Shown here in pieces: positions 28,634-36,608 of a stretch of DNA of 64,000 nt; within the stretch, counting starts at the first letter, position 1; each line of letters starts with the position of its first letter. The notes under the pieces were generated by a model that made no database searches, was not told the origin of the DNA, and saw only the letters and a program-made list of their open reading frames with translations. Origin of the DNA: Blastocatellia bacterium (lineage in GTDB: Bacteria; Acidobacteriota; Blastocatellia; RBC074); assembly GCA_035429885.1 (NCBI GenBank), contig DAOMFR010000005.1, positions 12,068 to 76,067 on the forward strand, given 5' to 3'. Both the position numbers and the translations under genes were made by a program.

Positions 28634-30664
28634 TTAAGCTTCCAATTTCTGGCGTGAAGCTCTGATCAGCAGGAAGCACAGGCCAGCAAAGAAGAGGATG
28701 CCGATCAGATCGGCGCCGTGACCCAGTCTTTCCCACCCGTGAATGCCAACTTTGTCCAGAATGTATTGAATCACTGAAACGGATTTGGGCTGTCCGTCAG
28801 GGCCGATGACAGATTTTTCAACCCCATTGAGCAATGCGATGAGCACTCCGGTCAGCGAACCTCCGGCCACCAGTCCTGTGCTGTACAACATGCCCGAAGT
28901 GACTTCGGATTCTCCGTGGCCATCGCCAGCTTTCGCGCCGCTCATCTTGTCTGCCCACGCGCGCATCAAGCCGCCAATGAAAATTGGCGCAGTCGTCGAA
29001 ATCGGCAGATACGCGCCGACTGCGAACGACAGCGAACGTACGCCGCACAGCTCAACCACAACCGCAATGCCCATGCCGACGAAAACCAAGCCCCACGGCA
29101 GGTCTTGCGCCAGCAAGCCTTTGATAATCGTCGCCATCAGGTTGGCTTGCGGAGCGGGCAGTTTTTCCGAGCCGATGGCGTGAGCGATGCCCTGGAACTT
29201 CATCGAAGCGTCGAGCGCCTGCAAGGTCAGGCCAATGACAAAAGTCGAAACGATTACGCCAATGATCAATCCGATTTGCTGGTAAATCGGCGTTGCTCCG
29301 ACGATGTGGCCGGTCTTCAAATCCTGACTGGTGGCGCCGGCGATTGCTGCCGCAATGCACACCAAACCGCCCACGGCCAAGGCCAGTGATTGATATGTGT
29401 CGCCGTTCCAACCCAGGCTGACAAAGATCAAACAGGTTGCCATCAATGTGGCAATTGTCATCCCGGAAATTGGGTTTGAAGAGTTGCCAATCAGTCCGGT
29501 GATGCGCGAGCTGACCGTCACGAAAAAGAATCCGAAGACGACAACCATCAACCCCATCAATAGTTTTCCGCCGATAGTGTTGCCCGGCAATTGCGGTAAC
29601 AGCGCCACGATAAACACCAGCGCCAGCGAGCCAATGATGACCCAGGTGATCGGAATTTCGCGGTCAGTGCGCGACACGGCCACGCCGGATTTCATGTCCT
29701 TCAGGTTCTTGAAGCTTTCGCGGAACGCGGCGGCGATGGTTGGCAGCGTGCGAAGCAGAGTAATCAACCCGGCAGCGGCGACTGCGCCTGCGCCGATGTA
29801 ACGAACGTATCCGGCGCGAATTTGCGAAGGCGACATGTCTCGGATCAAAGTGTCGCCAATGCCTGGTTTCAGTGCGGCGGGCAATGCGTCGCCGATGATG
29901 GTAATCAAGGGAATCAAAACCAGATATGACAGCACGCCACCTGCAACCAACACGCCTGCGATACGCGGCCCAATGATGTATCCGACGCCCAGATATTCCG
30001 GTGTGATTTCCGCGCTGACACTGGAATTCGGAAAGCTGGACCCATGTCCTGCGCGGTATTCCGGCGTTTCTTTCCACAGTCCGAAAATGCTCATCAAGGA
30101 TTTGTACGCGAAGGCGATGCCCAATCCGGCAAAGACCTTGCCCGCGAACGAGCCGCCCTTTTCACCAGCAATCAGCACATCAGCGCAAGCAGTTCCTTCA
30201 GGGTAGGGAAGCACGCCGTGTTCTTTGACGATCAGCGAACGACGCAGCGGAACCATCAATAGCACGCCGAGCGTGCCGCCGACGATGGCCAGGCAAAAGA
30301 TGTTGAAGTAATTGAAGAAAGCTTCGCCGCCAGCCAGAAACAGCAGCGCTGGGATCGTGAAGGCTACGCCGGAGGCAACCGATTCGCCAGCCGAGCCAAT
30401 CGTTTGCACAATGTTGTTTTCCAGGATCGTGGATTTGCCGATGCGTTTGAACACCGCAATGGCCAGCACGGCAATCGGGATCGAAGCCGAAACGGTTAAA
30501 CCGGCTTTGAGTGCCAGATAAACAGTAGAAGCGCCAAAGATGACTCCGAAAATTGCGCCCAGAATGATCGAACGCACTGTGAATTCAGCCATCGTCGTTC
30601 CGGCGGAAATGTATGGGGCGAACGCCGGTGAAGCGTCGTTGTTGGAATTGGCTCCATTGGCCAT
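28634..30664 (-). CDS. OPT-family oligopeptide transporter
   Basis: 676 aa, polytopic (about 16 helices), with an OPT-superfamily composition (GxxxG-rich helices, N-terminal FTVRSIILGAIFGVIFGAS). Confidence 0.8.
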   Translation of the reverse strand: MANGANSNNDASPAFAPYISAGTTMAEFTVRSIILGAIFGVIFGASTVYLALKAGLTVSASIPIAVLAIAVFKRIGKSTILENNIVQTIGSAGESVASGVAFTIPALLFLAGGEAFFNYFNIFCLAIVGGTLGVLLMVPLRRSLIVKEHGVLPYPEGTACADVLIAGEKGGSFAGKVFAGLGIAFAYKSLMSIFGLWKETPEYRAGHGSSFPNSSVSAEITPEYLGVGYIIGPRIAGVLVAGGVLSYLVLIPLITIIGDALPAALKPGIGDTLIRDMSPSQIRAGYVRYIGAGAVAAAGLITLLRTLPTIAAAFRESFKNLKDMKSGVAVSRTDREIPITWVIIGSLALVFIVALLPQLPGNTIGGKLLMGLMVVVFGFFFVTVSSRITGLIGNSSNPISGMTIATLMATCLIFVSLGWNGDTYQSLALAVGGLVCIAAAIAGATSQDLKTGHIVGATPIYQQIGLIIGVIVSTFVIGLTLQALDASMKFQGIAHAIGSEKLPAPQANLMATIIKGLLAQDLPWGLVFVGMGIAVVVELCGVRSLSFAVGAYLPISTTAPIFIGGLMRAWADKMSGAKAGDGHGESEVTSGMLYSTGLVAGGSLTGVLIALLNGVEKSVIGPDGQPKSVSVIQYILDKVGIHGWERLGHGADLIGILFFAGLCFLLIRASRQKLEA

Positions 30665-30834
30665 AGATGCCTCCTTGGAAAATGTAGGGCAATTTCTGTC
30701 CAGGGCGACCTGTGTTCCTGAAAGACAACTTTCAAGTAAACAGAGCAGCCTGGACGGGGTTGCTCTACTCAGATTTGATTGGTGCTACTGGTTTGCGCGC
30801 AAGGGATGGCGCAAAGAGATGTGTTGAACTGCTG

Positions 30835-31098
30835 TTACTGCGAATCGCCGTTGGCGATCATCTTTCCCGCTTGCGCTTGAGCCAGTTCGACGGCTTCAAG
30901 CAGCTCCAGCATATTGCAATCCGTTTGACCGGAATCCGTTTGGTTGATGGAAAACAAGTCCGGGTAATCCAGCACGCAAACCGCGCAGCCCGTGCCGCAG
31001 CATAGAGGCATTTCAGCTTCAAGCTTTGGTTCGATCCGCTGCCCGTTTGGTGAAATGCCGGGCGGGCCAGATAGATTGGAAAACTGCTCTTGTTGCAT
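30835..31098 (-). CDS. Small oxidoreductase-like-domain protein (CCGxGCxxC motif)
   Basis: 87 aa with MPLCCGTGCAVCVLDYPDLF, matching the Oxidored-like CCGSGCxxCVW..Y motif. Confidence 0.5.
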   Translation of the reverse strand: MQQEQFSNLSGPPGISPNGQRIEPKLEAEMPLCCGTGCAVCVLDYPDLFSINQTDSGQTDCNMLELLEAVELAQAQAGKMIANGDSQ

Positions 31099-31341
31099 TG
31101 TGTTGCCGTCATCACGGTTTGTAAGGACTTTGACCCTAGCCAGATGGCACTATAAGAAATCGCCAGCAAAACTGTCAACGAGGCGATTGAGTTACGGCAA
31201 CTGCTTTAGTATTCTCCAGTTCGCCGAATAAAGTCATAGACGGTTTCACCCCTTTCAGATTGAACTGACAACCTCCTTGAACGTCAACCATTGGCGCTGG
31301 CAAGTTTTGTTACGCCAGCCGTTTCTTGCGGAGTAAAGACG

Positions 31342-33093
31342 ATGCGTTATTGCAGAGTTTGTCATCGTTGTTTTGGCGACGGGGTGGAATTTTGTTTATT
31401 CGACCAGACGCCGACGCGCGATGTCGAATCCTTGCCCAGAGTCATCGAAGGCAAATACCGTCTGGAGCAATTGATTGCTCACGGCGGAATGGGCAGCGTT
31501 TACCGTGCGCTGCATTTGTCACTGGAACGTTCTGTCGCCATCAAAATCCTGCGTCCCGAATTCCTGGCCGACACCACGGCGCGCGAACGATTCAATCGCG
31601 AAGCCCGCGCCGCTGCCCGGCTCAAACATCCGAACATTGTCGCCGTGTACGATTCCGGTCATTTGCCGAACGGATCGGCGTATTTGGTGATGGAGCTGAT
31701 CGAAGGCCGCAGCTTGCGCGAAGAAATGCGCGCTCACGCCGTTCGGCTGGGACAGATGCGGCCCGAACGCGCCGCCGCAATTCTCTCGCAAGTATGCGCC
31801 GGGATTGAAGCCGCTCACCGGCAGGGCATTATTCATCGCGACTTAAAGCCCGACAATGTGATGATCGAAAGCTCTTCTTCCTTTACCGGAGACAGCACGG
31901 AACGAGTGCTGGTGCTGGATTTCGGCATTGCCAAACTGGCGGTTCCGGAAAACGGAGAGCTGACCTGGAAAGGGCTGACCGACGAAAATACGGTTATTGG
32001 AACGCCGAAATACATCTCGCCTGAACAATGCACCGGCCAACTGGTGGATGCTCGCTCGGATGTCTACTCTCTGGGCGTCATACTCTATGAAATGCTGACT
32101 GGCCACGCGCCGTTTGCCGGAGAAAACACGTCGGTTGTGTTGCTCAAACATTTGCAGGAACCTCCCGCTCCGTTGCGCCGATTCGTAAATGGAATCAGTC
32201 CGCAGCTTGAGAATGTCGTGTTGCGCGCCCTGGCCAAACAGCCCCAGCAACGGTTTCAGTCGGCGGCGGAATTTTCCCTGGCTCTGGTTCAGGCCGTTTC
32301 CAGTTTGCAAGCCTGTGATGAATTGCCGGAGGCCGCCGAACCCGAAGAGAACACGATGACGGCTCCGCGCCCTGTGGCAGCAGCGATTGTACGGTCACAG
32401 CCGTTCACGTTTGTGGAATCGCCTTCCACAGAAACCCAGGCCCCAACCTTGCTAATTGAGAGGCGGCCTCGTCGCAAGCTTTTTGCCAGCGTCACGGTAA
32501 TTATGCTCGCCGCTGTTGGTTCGCTCGCGTACTTTCTGTACAACGATTGGCAAGCCAAAGCGGGCGAAACTGCTGAGGTCGCTACCCAAATCCCCGTCGC
32601 AAGTTCACCTACGCCCGGCGTTCAGTCGAAGCAAGCAACTCAAGCAGGGATTGAAATTTCCGACAACAAAGCAGGCAAGCAAGCACTTCCTGCCGTTTAC
32701 GTGAAAAACGAAGTTTCCGAACAAGCCCAGCAACGTGAGTTGCAGTCGGTTTATACAGAATGGGCGCGTGCGGCGGTCAAAGGCGAATGGGAAAAGCACG
32801 TCAGTTTTTACGCGGATCAGGTTGAATATTTCCGCGACGGCATTTTGCCTCGGGCAAAAATTGAAACGCGCAAACGTTCTATTTTTGGCAAGTTGGATTC
32901 TTACTGGCTGAAGTTTTCCGATTCGCCCCAGATTGTTTTGAAACGGAATGGGGACGCAGACCTGGCGTTTGATCGAAGCTGGACACTTCGGCGCGGTCGC
33001 AAACAGACTTCCGGGCGGGCGCAAGGTTCGATTACGCTTCGCCGCGAAGCGAAAGGCTGGCGCATCGTCAGCGAAAAACAAATCAAAAAGTAG
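31342..33093 (+). CDS. Ser/Thr protein kinase with N-terminal zinc-ribbon and C-terminal extracytoplasmic domain
   Basis: Preferred start is ATG 31342 (MRYCRVCHRCFGDGVEFC, CxxC...C...C), preceded by GGAG. A Hanks kinase domain (GGMGSVYRA, HRDLKPDNVM, DFG, SPEQ), a TM helix and a ~180-aa C-terminal domain follow. The stop lies 8 nt before the htrA start. Confidence 0.85.
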   Translation: MRYCRVCHRCFGDGVEFCLFDQTPTRDVESLPRVIEGKYRLEQLIAHGGMGSVYRALHLSLERSVAIKILRPEFLADTTARERFNREARAAARLKHPNIVAVYDSGHLPNGSAYLVMELIEGRSLREEMRAHAVRLGQMRPERAAAILSQVCAGIEAAHRQGIIHRDLKPDNVMIESSSSFTGDSTERVLVLDFGIAKLAVPENGELTWKGLTDENTVIGTPKYISPEQCTGQLVDARSDVYSLGVILYEMLTGHAPFAGENTSVVLLKHLQEPPAPLRRFVNGISPQLENVVLRALAKQPQQRFQSAAEFSLALVQAVSSLQACDELPEAAEPEENTMTAPRPVAAAIVRSQPFTFVESPSTETQAPTLLIERRPRRKLFASVTVIMLAAVGSLAYFLYNDWQAKAGETAEVATQIPVASSPTPGVQSKQATQAGIEISDNKAGKQALPAVYVKNEVSEQAQQRELQSVYTEWARAAVKGEWEKHVSFYADQVEYFRDGILPRAKIETRKRSIFGKLDSYWLKFSDSPQIVLKRNGDADLAFDRSWTLRRGRKQTSGRAQGSITLRREAKGWRIVSEKQIKK

Positions 33094-33101
33094 TTGTAGT
33101 T

Positions 33102-34556
33102 ATGAAACGCGGTATCCTCTTCGCATTTTTGTGTGCTTTCACCGTTGGGACGCTGGCCATTGTGCTGGTGGCGGCGGCGTTTGTTCGTCCACAGAGTTTT
33201 CGCCAGCTTCTCTTTACTCCGAAGCTGAGCAGTTTGGGGATGGATCGCGACGAACGGTCGAACGCAGAAATTGTCAGCGAAGCCAATCACGCCGTGGTCA
33301 CTGTCATCGCTTTGCGCGCCGTTGGCGACAGCAGTAAAACTGCGGCCAGCAATGCTCAACCCGACAACTCCATTCAACGCGGAACCGGAACCGGATTCAT
33401 CATTGACCTTTCCGGGTTGGTGGTCACCAACGAACATGTCATCCGCAGCGCCGATCGAATCAAAGTGCGGCTGGCCGACGGGCGTGAACGCAAAGCAATT
33501 GTCATCGGAACCGATGTCGCGACAGATGTCGCCTTGCTGAAAATCGAAGCCGACCATTTGGACATCATTCCGTTTGGAGATTCCGACGCCGTGCGCGTTG
33601 GCGATCCAGTCATTGCCATTGGCAATCCGCTGGAATACGAACATTCTGTTACTGCTGGGATCGTTTCCGCCAAAGGCCGCAAAGTCTATGGCGATCAACC
33701 TTTTGAAGACTTCATTCAAACTGACGCCGCGATCAATCGAGGCAATTCCGGCGGCCCGCTGCTGAACAAAGCTGGGGAAGTCATCGGCGTCAACACCGTC
33801 ATTCGCGTGGACAGCCGAGGCATCAGCTTCGCTGTTCCCAGCAATGTGGTAAAGCGCGTTGTCGAACAGTTGCAAACCGTCGGCGTGGTCGAACGCGGCT
33901 ATTTGGGGTTGATGCCCGAAAACCTGACGCCGGAATTCCGCGAAGGATTGGGGATTGGAGGGCTGGAAGGCGTTCTAGTCGGCTTTGTTTCTCCTGACCG
34001 GCCAGCGGCCAAAGCAGGGATTCAGACCTACGACGTTCTGACTCATTTCGACAAACAACCGTTGCGAAATTCGGATGATTTTTATTCTGCTGTTGCCAAC
34101 GCACAACCGGCTCAGGAAGTTGAAATCGCGCTGGTTCGCGGTGGCCAACCCATGACGTTACGGGCTAAGTTGGACCGCCGCCCTCCCGATGATCGTCAAT
34201 TGGATTCTCGCCAAGGCAACCAGACCATTCAAAAGACCAATCTGCCGCTCGGTTTTGCAGTGAAAGAAATGTCGCCTGAATCTTTGCAGTCCGCCAACGG
34301 CAATAGCGGAGAAGTCTCTCAGGTTAAAAGCGGCGTGGTGATTTCCGATATTGACCCGCTCGGCCCAGCGGCGGAAATGCGTTGGCTGCCGGGTTACGTC
34401 ATCATCGAGGTCAATCGCCAGCCTGTTCACAACCTGGAAGAATTTCAAAAGGCTACGGCCAATCTGCGCGACGGAACCGCGTTGGTGTTGCGCATCATTC
34501 AACCGAATCAGAAAGAAAGCCGCCTGGTTGCGCTGAGAGTCGGCGAAGGTCGGTAA
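33102..34556 (+). CDS. htrA: HtrA/DegP-family periplasmic serine protease with two PDZ domains
   Basis: Catalytic triad contexts TNEHVI, DVALLKI and GNSGGPL, plus two PDZ regions (GLMPENLTPEFREGLGI..., GVVISDIDPLGPAAEM...). Confidence 0.9.
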   Translation: MKRGILFAFLCAFTVGTLAIVLVAAAFVRPQSFRQLLFTPKLSSLGMDRDERSNAEIVSEANHAVVTVIALRAVGDSSKTAASNAQPDNSIQRGTGTGFIIDLSGLVVTNEHVIRSADRIKVRLADGRERKAIVIGTDVATDVALLKIEADHLDIIPFGDSDAVRVGDPVIAIGNPLEYEHSVTAGIVSAKGRKVYGDQPFEDFIQTDAAINRGNSGGPLLNKAGEVIGVNTVIRVDSRGISFAVPSNVVKRVVEQLQTVGVVERGYLGLMPENLTPEFREGLGIGGLEGVLVGFVSPDRPAAKAGIQTYDVLTHFDKQPLRNSDDFYSAVANAQPAQEVEIALVRGGQPMTLRAKLDRRPPDDRQLDSRQGNQTIQKTNLPLGFAVKEMSPESLQSANGNSGEVSQVKSGVVISDIDPLGPAAEMRWLPGYVIIEVNRQPVHNLEEFQKATANLRDGTALVLRIIQPNQKESRLVALRVGEGR

Positions 34557-34559
34557 CGT

Positions 34560-34581
34560 AGGACAGGTTTTCCAACCTGTC
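34560..34581 (+). terminator. Hairpin downstream of htrA (possible terminator, no U-tract)
   Basis: ggacaggtt-ttcc-aacctgtcc, a perfect 9-bp stem 4 nt after the htrA stop. A second hairpin (agggcagat...atctgccct) follows at about 34640. Confidence 0.3.
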
Positions 34582-34790
34582 CATGCATTCATCAGAGAAG
34601 ATTTTCTGACAAACAAGTCCGCTGAATAGCCAAGTCAGGGCAGATTGGAAAATCTGCCCTACGTAAATCAGACAGCCGCACTTCTTGACACTCCTGACGT
34701 CAGCGATGAAGATACGCCCGCTTTTCCAAGAAGCAAAAATCACATCCGAAAATCTGTTCTGAACATTCTGCAAGGGAGAATTGCACTGAC

Positions 34791-35954
34791 ATGCGTACCG
34801 TCAAGACTGCATTGATCGGCGCGGGGTTTGTTGGCCCGCACCACATTGAAGCCGCTCGCCGGCTGGGATTCGTGGACGTCGTTGCCGTTGCTGGCAGCAA
34901 TCAGGCTTCCGCCGAAGCCAAAGCCGCGAAGTTGAACATTCCGAAAGCGTACGGCAGTTACGAAGCGTTGCTGGACGACCCGGAAATTGAAGTCATTCAC
35001 AACTGCACGCCGAATGACCTGCATTTGCCCGTCACGATGGCCGCCATCGAACGTGGCAAACACGTCATCGCCGACAAACCGCTGGCGCTGAATTCCGCCG
35101 ATGCCAAAACCATGCTCGAAGCGGCGAAAGCCAAAGGCATCGTGCACGCCGTGACATTCAATTACCGCTACAACCCGCTGATGCAACAGGCGCGCGTGAT
35201 GATCAATCGCGGCGACATCGGCAAAACGCATTGGGTTCACGGCTATTACATCCAGGACTGGTTGCTGTACCCGAACGATTACAACTGGCGCTTGGAAAAA
35301 GAAGGCGGCGAATCGCGCTGCGTCGCCGACATCGGCTCACATTGGTGCGATCTGGCGGGATACATCACCGGTTCGCGCATTGCCGAAGTCCTGGCCGAAT
35401 ACACCACGGTCTTTCCGACCCGGCAAAAACCAAAAGGCACGCGCGAAGCCTTCGCGCAAAGTTCCGGCAACGAAGAGTTCGACGAATATCCGGTGGACAC
35501 GGAAGATTTCGCCAGCGTCCTGTTGCGCTTTGAAAACGGAATGAAAGGTTCGTTTTCGGTTTCGCAGGTCAGCGCCGGTCACAAAAACGGCCTGGAAATC
35601 GAAGTGGACGGCGGCAAAGCCGCATTGGCCTGGAAACAGGAACGCCCGAACGAACTGTGGATCGGCAAACGCAACGAACCGAATGCCTGGATGCTGAAAG
35701 ATCCGGGATTGCTCGATCCGTCCATCGCGCATTACGCCGCGTTGCCCGGCGGACACGGCGAAGCCTGGGCCGATGCGTTCCGCAATTTGTTGCGCAATGT
35801 GTACAGCTTCATTTCCGAAGGTCGTTCGATGACCGCCGACGCGGACAAAGTGGATTTCCCGACCTTCGCGGATGGGCACGAATCCAACTGCGTGGTCGAA
35901 GCCATCACCAAGAGCGCCAAAGCCGGCGGAGTTTGGACAAAAATTGCTCGCTAA
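34791..35954 (+). CDS. Gfo/Idh/MocA-family NAD(P)-dependent oxidoreductase
   Basis: MRTVKTALIGAGFVGPHH Rossmann N-terminus plus the EKPLA-type motif (IADKPLALN). Confidence 0.9.
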   Translation: MRTVKTALIGAGFVGPHHIEAARRLGFVDVVAVAGSNQASAEAKAAKLNIPKAYGSYEALLDDPEIEVIHNCTPNDLHLPVTMAAIERGKHVIADKPLALNSADAKTMLEAAKAKGIVHAVTFNYRYNPLMQQARVMINRGDIGKTHWVHGYYIQDWLLYPNDYNWRLEKEGGESRCVADIGSHWCDLAGYITGSRIAEVLAEYTTVFPTRQKPKGTREAFAQSSGNEEFDEYPVDTEDFASVLLRFENGMKGSFSVSQVSAGHKNGLEIEVDGGKAALAWKQERPNELWIGKRNEPNAWMLKDPGLLDPSIAHYAALPGGHGEAWADAFRNLLRNVYSFISEGRSMTADADKVDFPTFADGHESNCVVEAITKSAKAGGVWTKIAR

Positions 35955-36009
35955 GTCCAAGCGATTTTGAGAACAGGGCGCAGCGGCGTATGCTGCGCCC
36001 GTCAAATTC

Positions 36010-36438
36010 ATGAGCTTTACAAATTTCCAAACAGCACTCCGAAAGATCAACCTCAACGCCGCTGGGGCGTTGTTGATCTTTTTGATGAGTTGGTCGGTTG
36101 TTCCCATCGCGTTGGTGGTGGAGCAAACGGACGTCTGTTCGATGGAATGTTGCGTGGCCGAAGGGCATTGTTGCTGCGCCGCGAAAAAGCTCTGGGTCGA
36201 AGGCCAGGACCACGGCGGTATCCGCGAAATCGGAACCGCGGAACTGGAAACCGCTTGCCCTTGTCCTGCGACGCCACCATCGAGCGTCAAAACGCTGTCG
36301 CGCCAAACCGTGCGAGTGCTTTCGCACAATTTGGCGAACGAATCTGTACGCCAGCCGATTCAGTTCACCCCTCCCAGCCTCTACGATTCCCTACGGTTTA
36401 CTCCGAAATCTCCGCGCGCGCCTCCGCGCTTCTCCTGA
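36010..36438 (+). CDS. Hypothetical Cys-rich small membrane protein
   Basis: 142 aa with an N-terminal TM helix and a CSMECCVAEGHCCCAAKK cluster. It sits directly upstream of the TonB-dependent-receptor-like gene. Low support. Confidence 0.35.
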   Translation: MSFTNFQTALRKINLNAAGALLIFLMSWSVVPIALVVEQTDVCSMECCVAEGHCCCAAKKLWVEGQDHGGIREIGTAELETACPCPATPPSSVKTLSRQTVRVLSHNLANESVRQPIQFTPPSLYDSLRFTPKSPRAPPRFS

Positions 36439-36608
36439 ACTCATCCCATTTCGCCAAGCCAGTTATTTTGAATTTCAACGCTTTCGACAATGAACTTCGG
36501 GCCTTTTGAGCCTGTCGCATTGCCATGCGTTCTGTCGCAACTAGCTGGCACATCGTCACGCGCAAACCCCTTGCGCGCAGGCACACCGTCCCCAGGAGAG
36601 AAAAAAAT

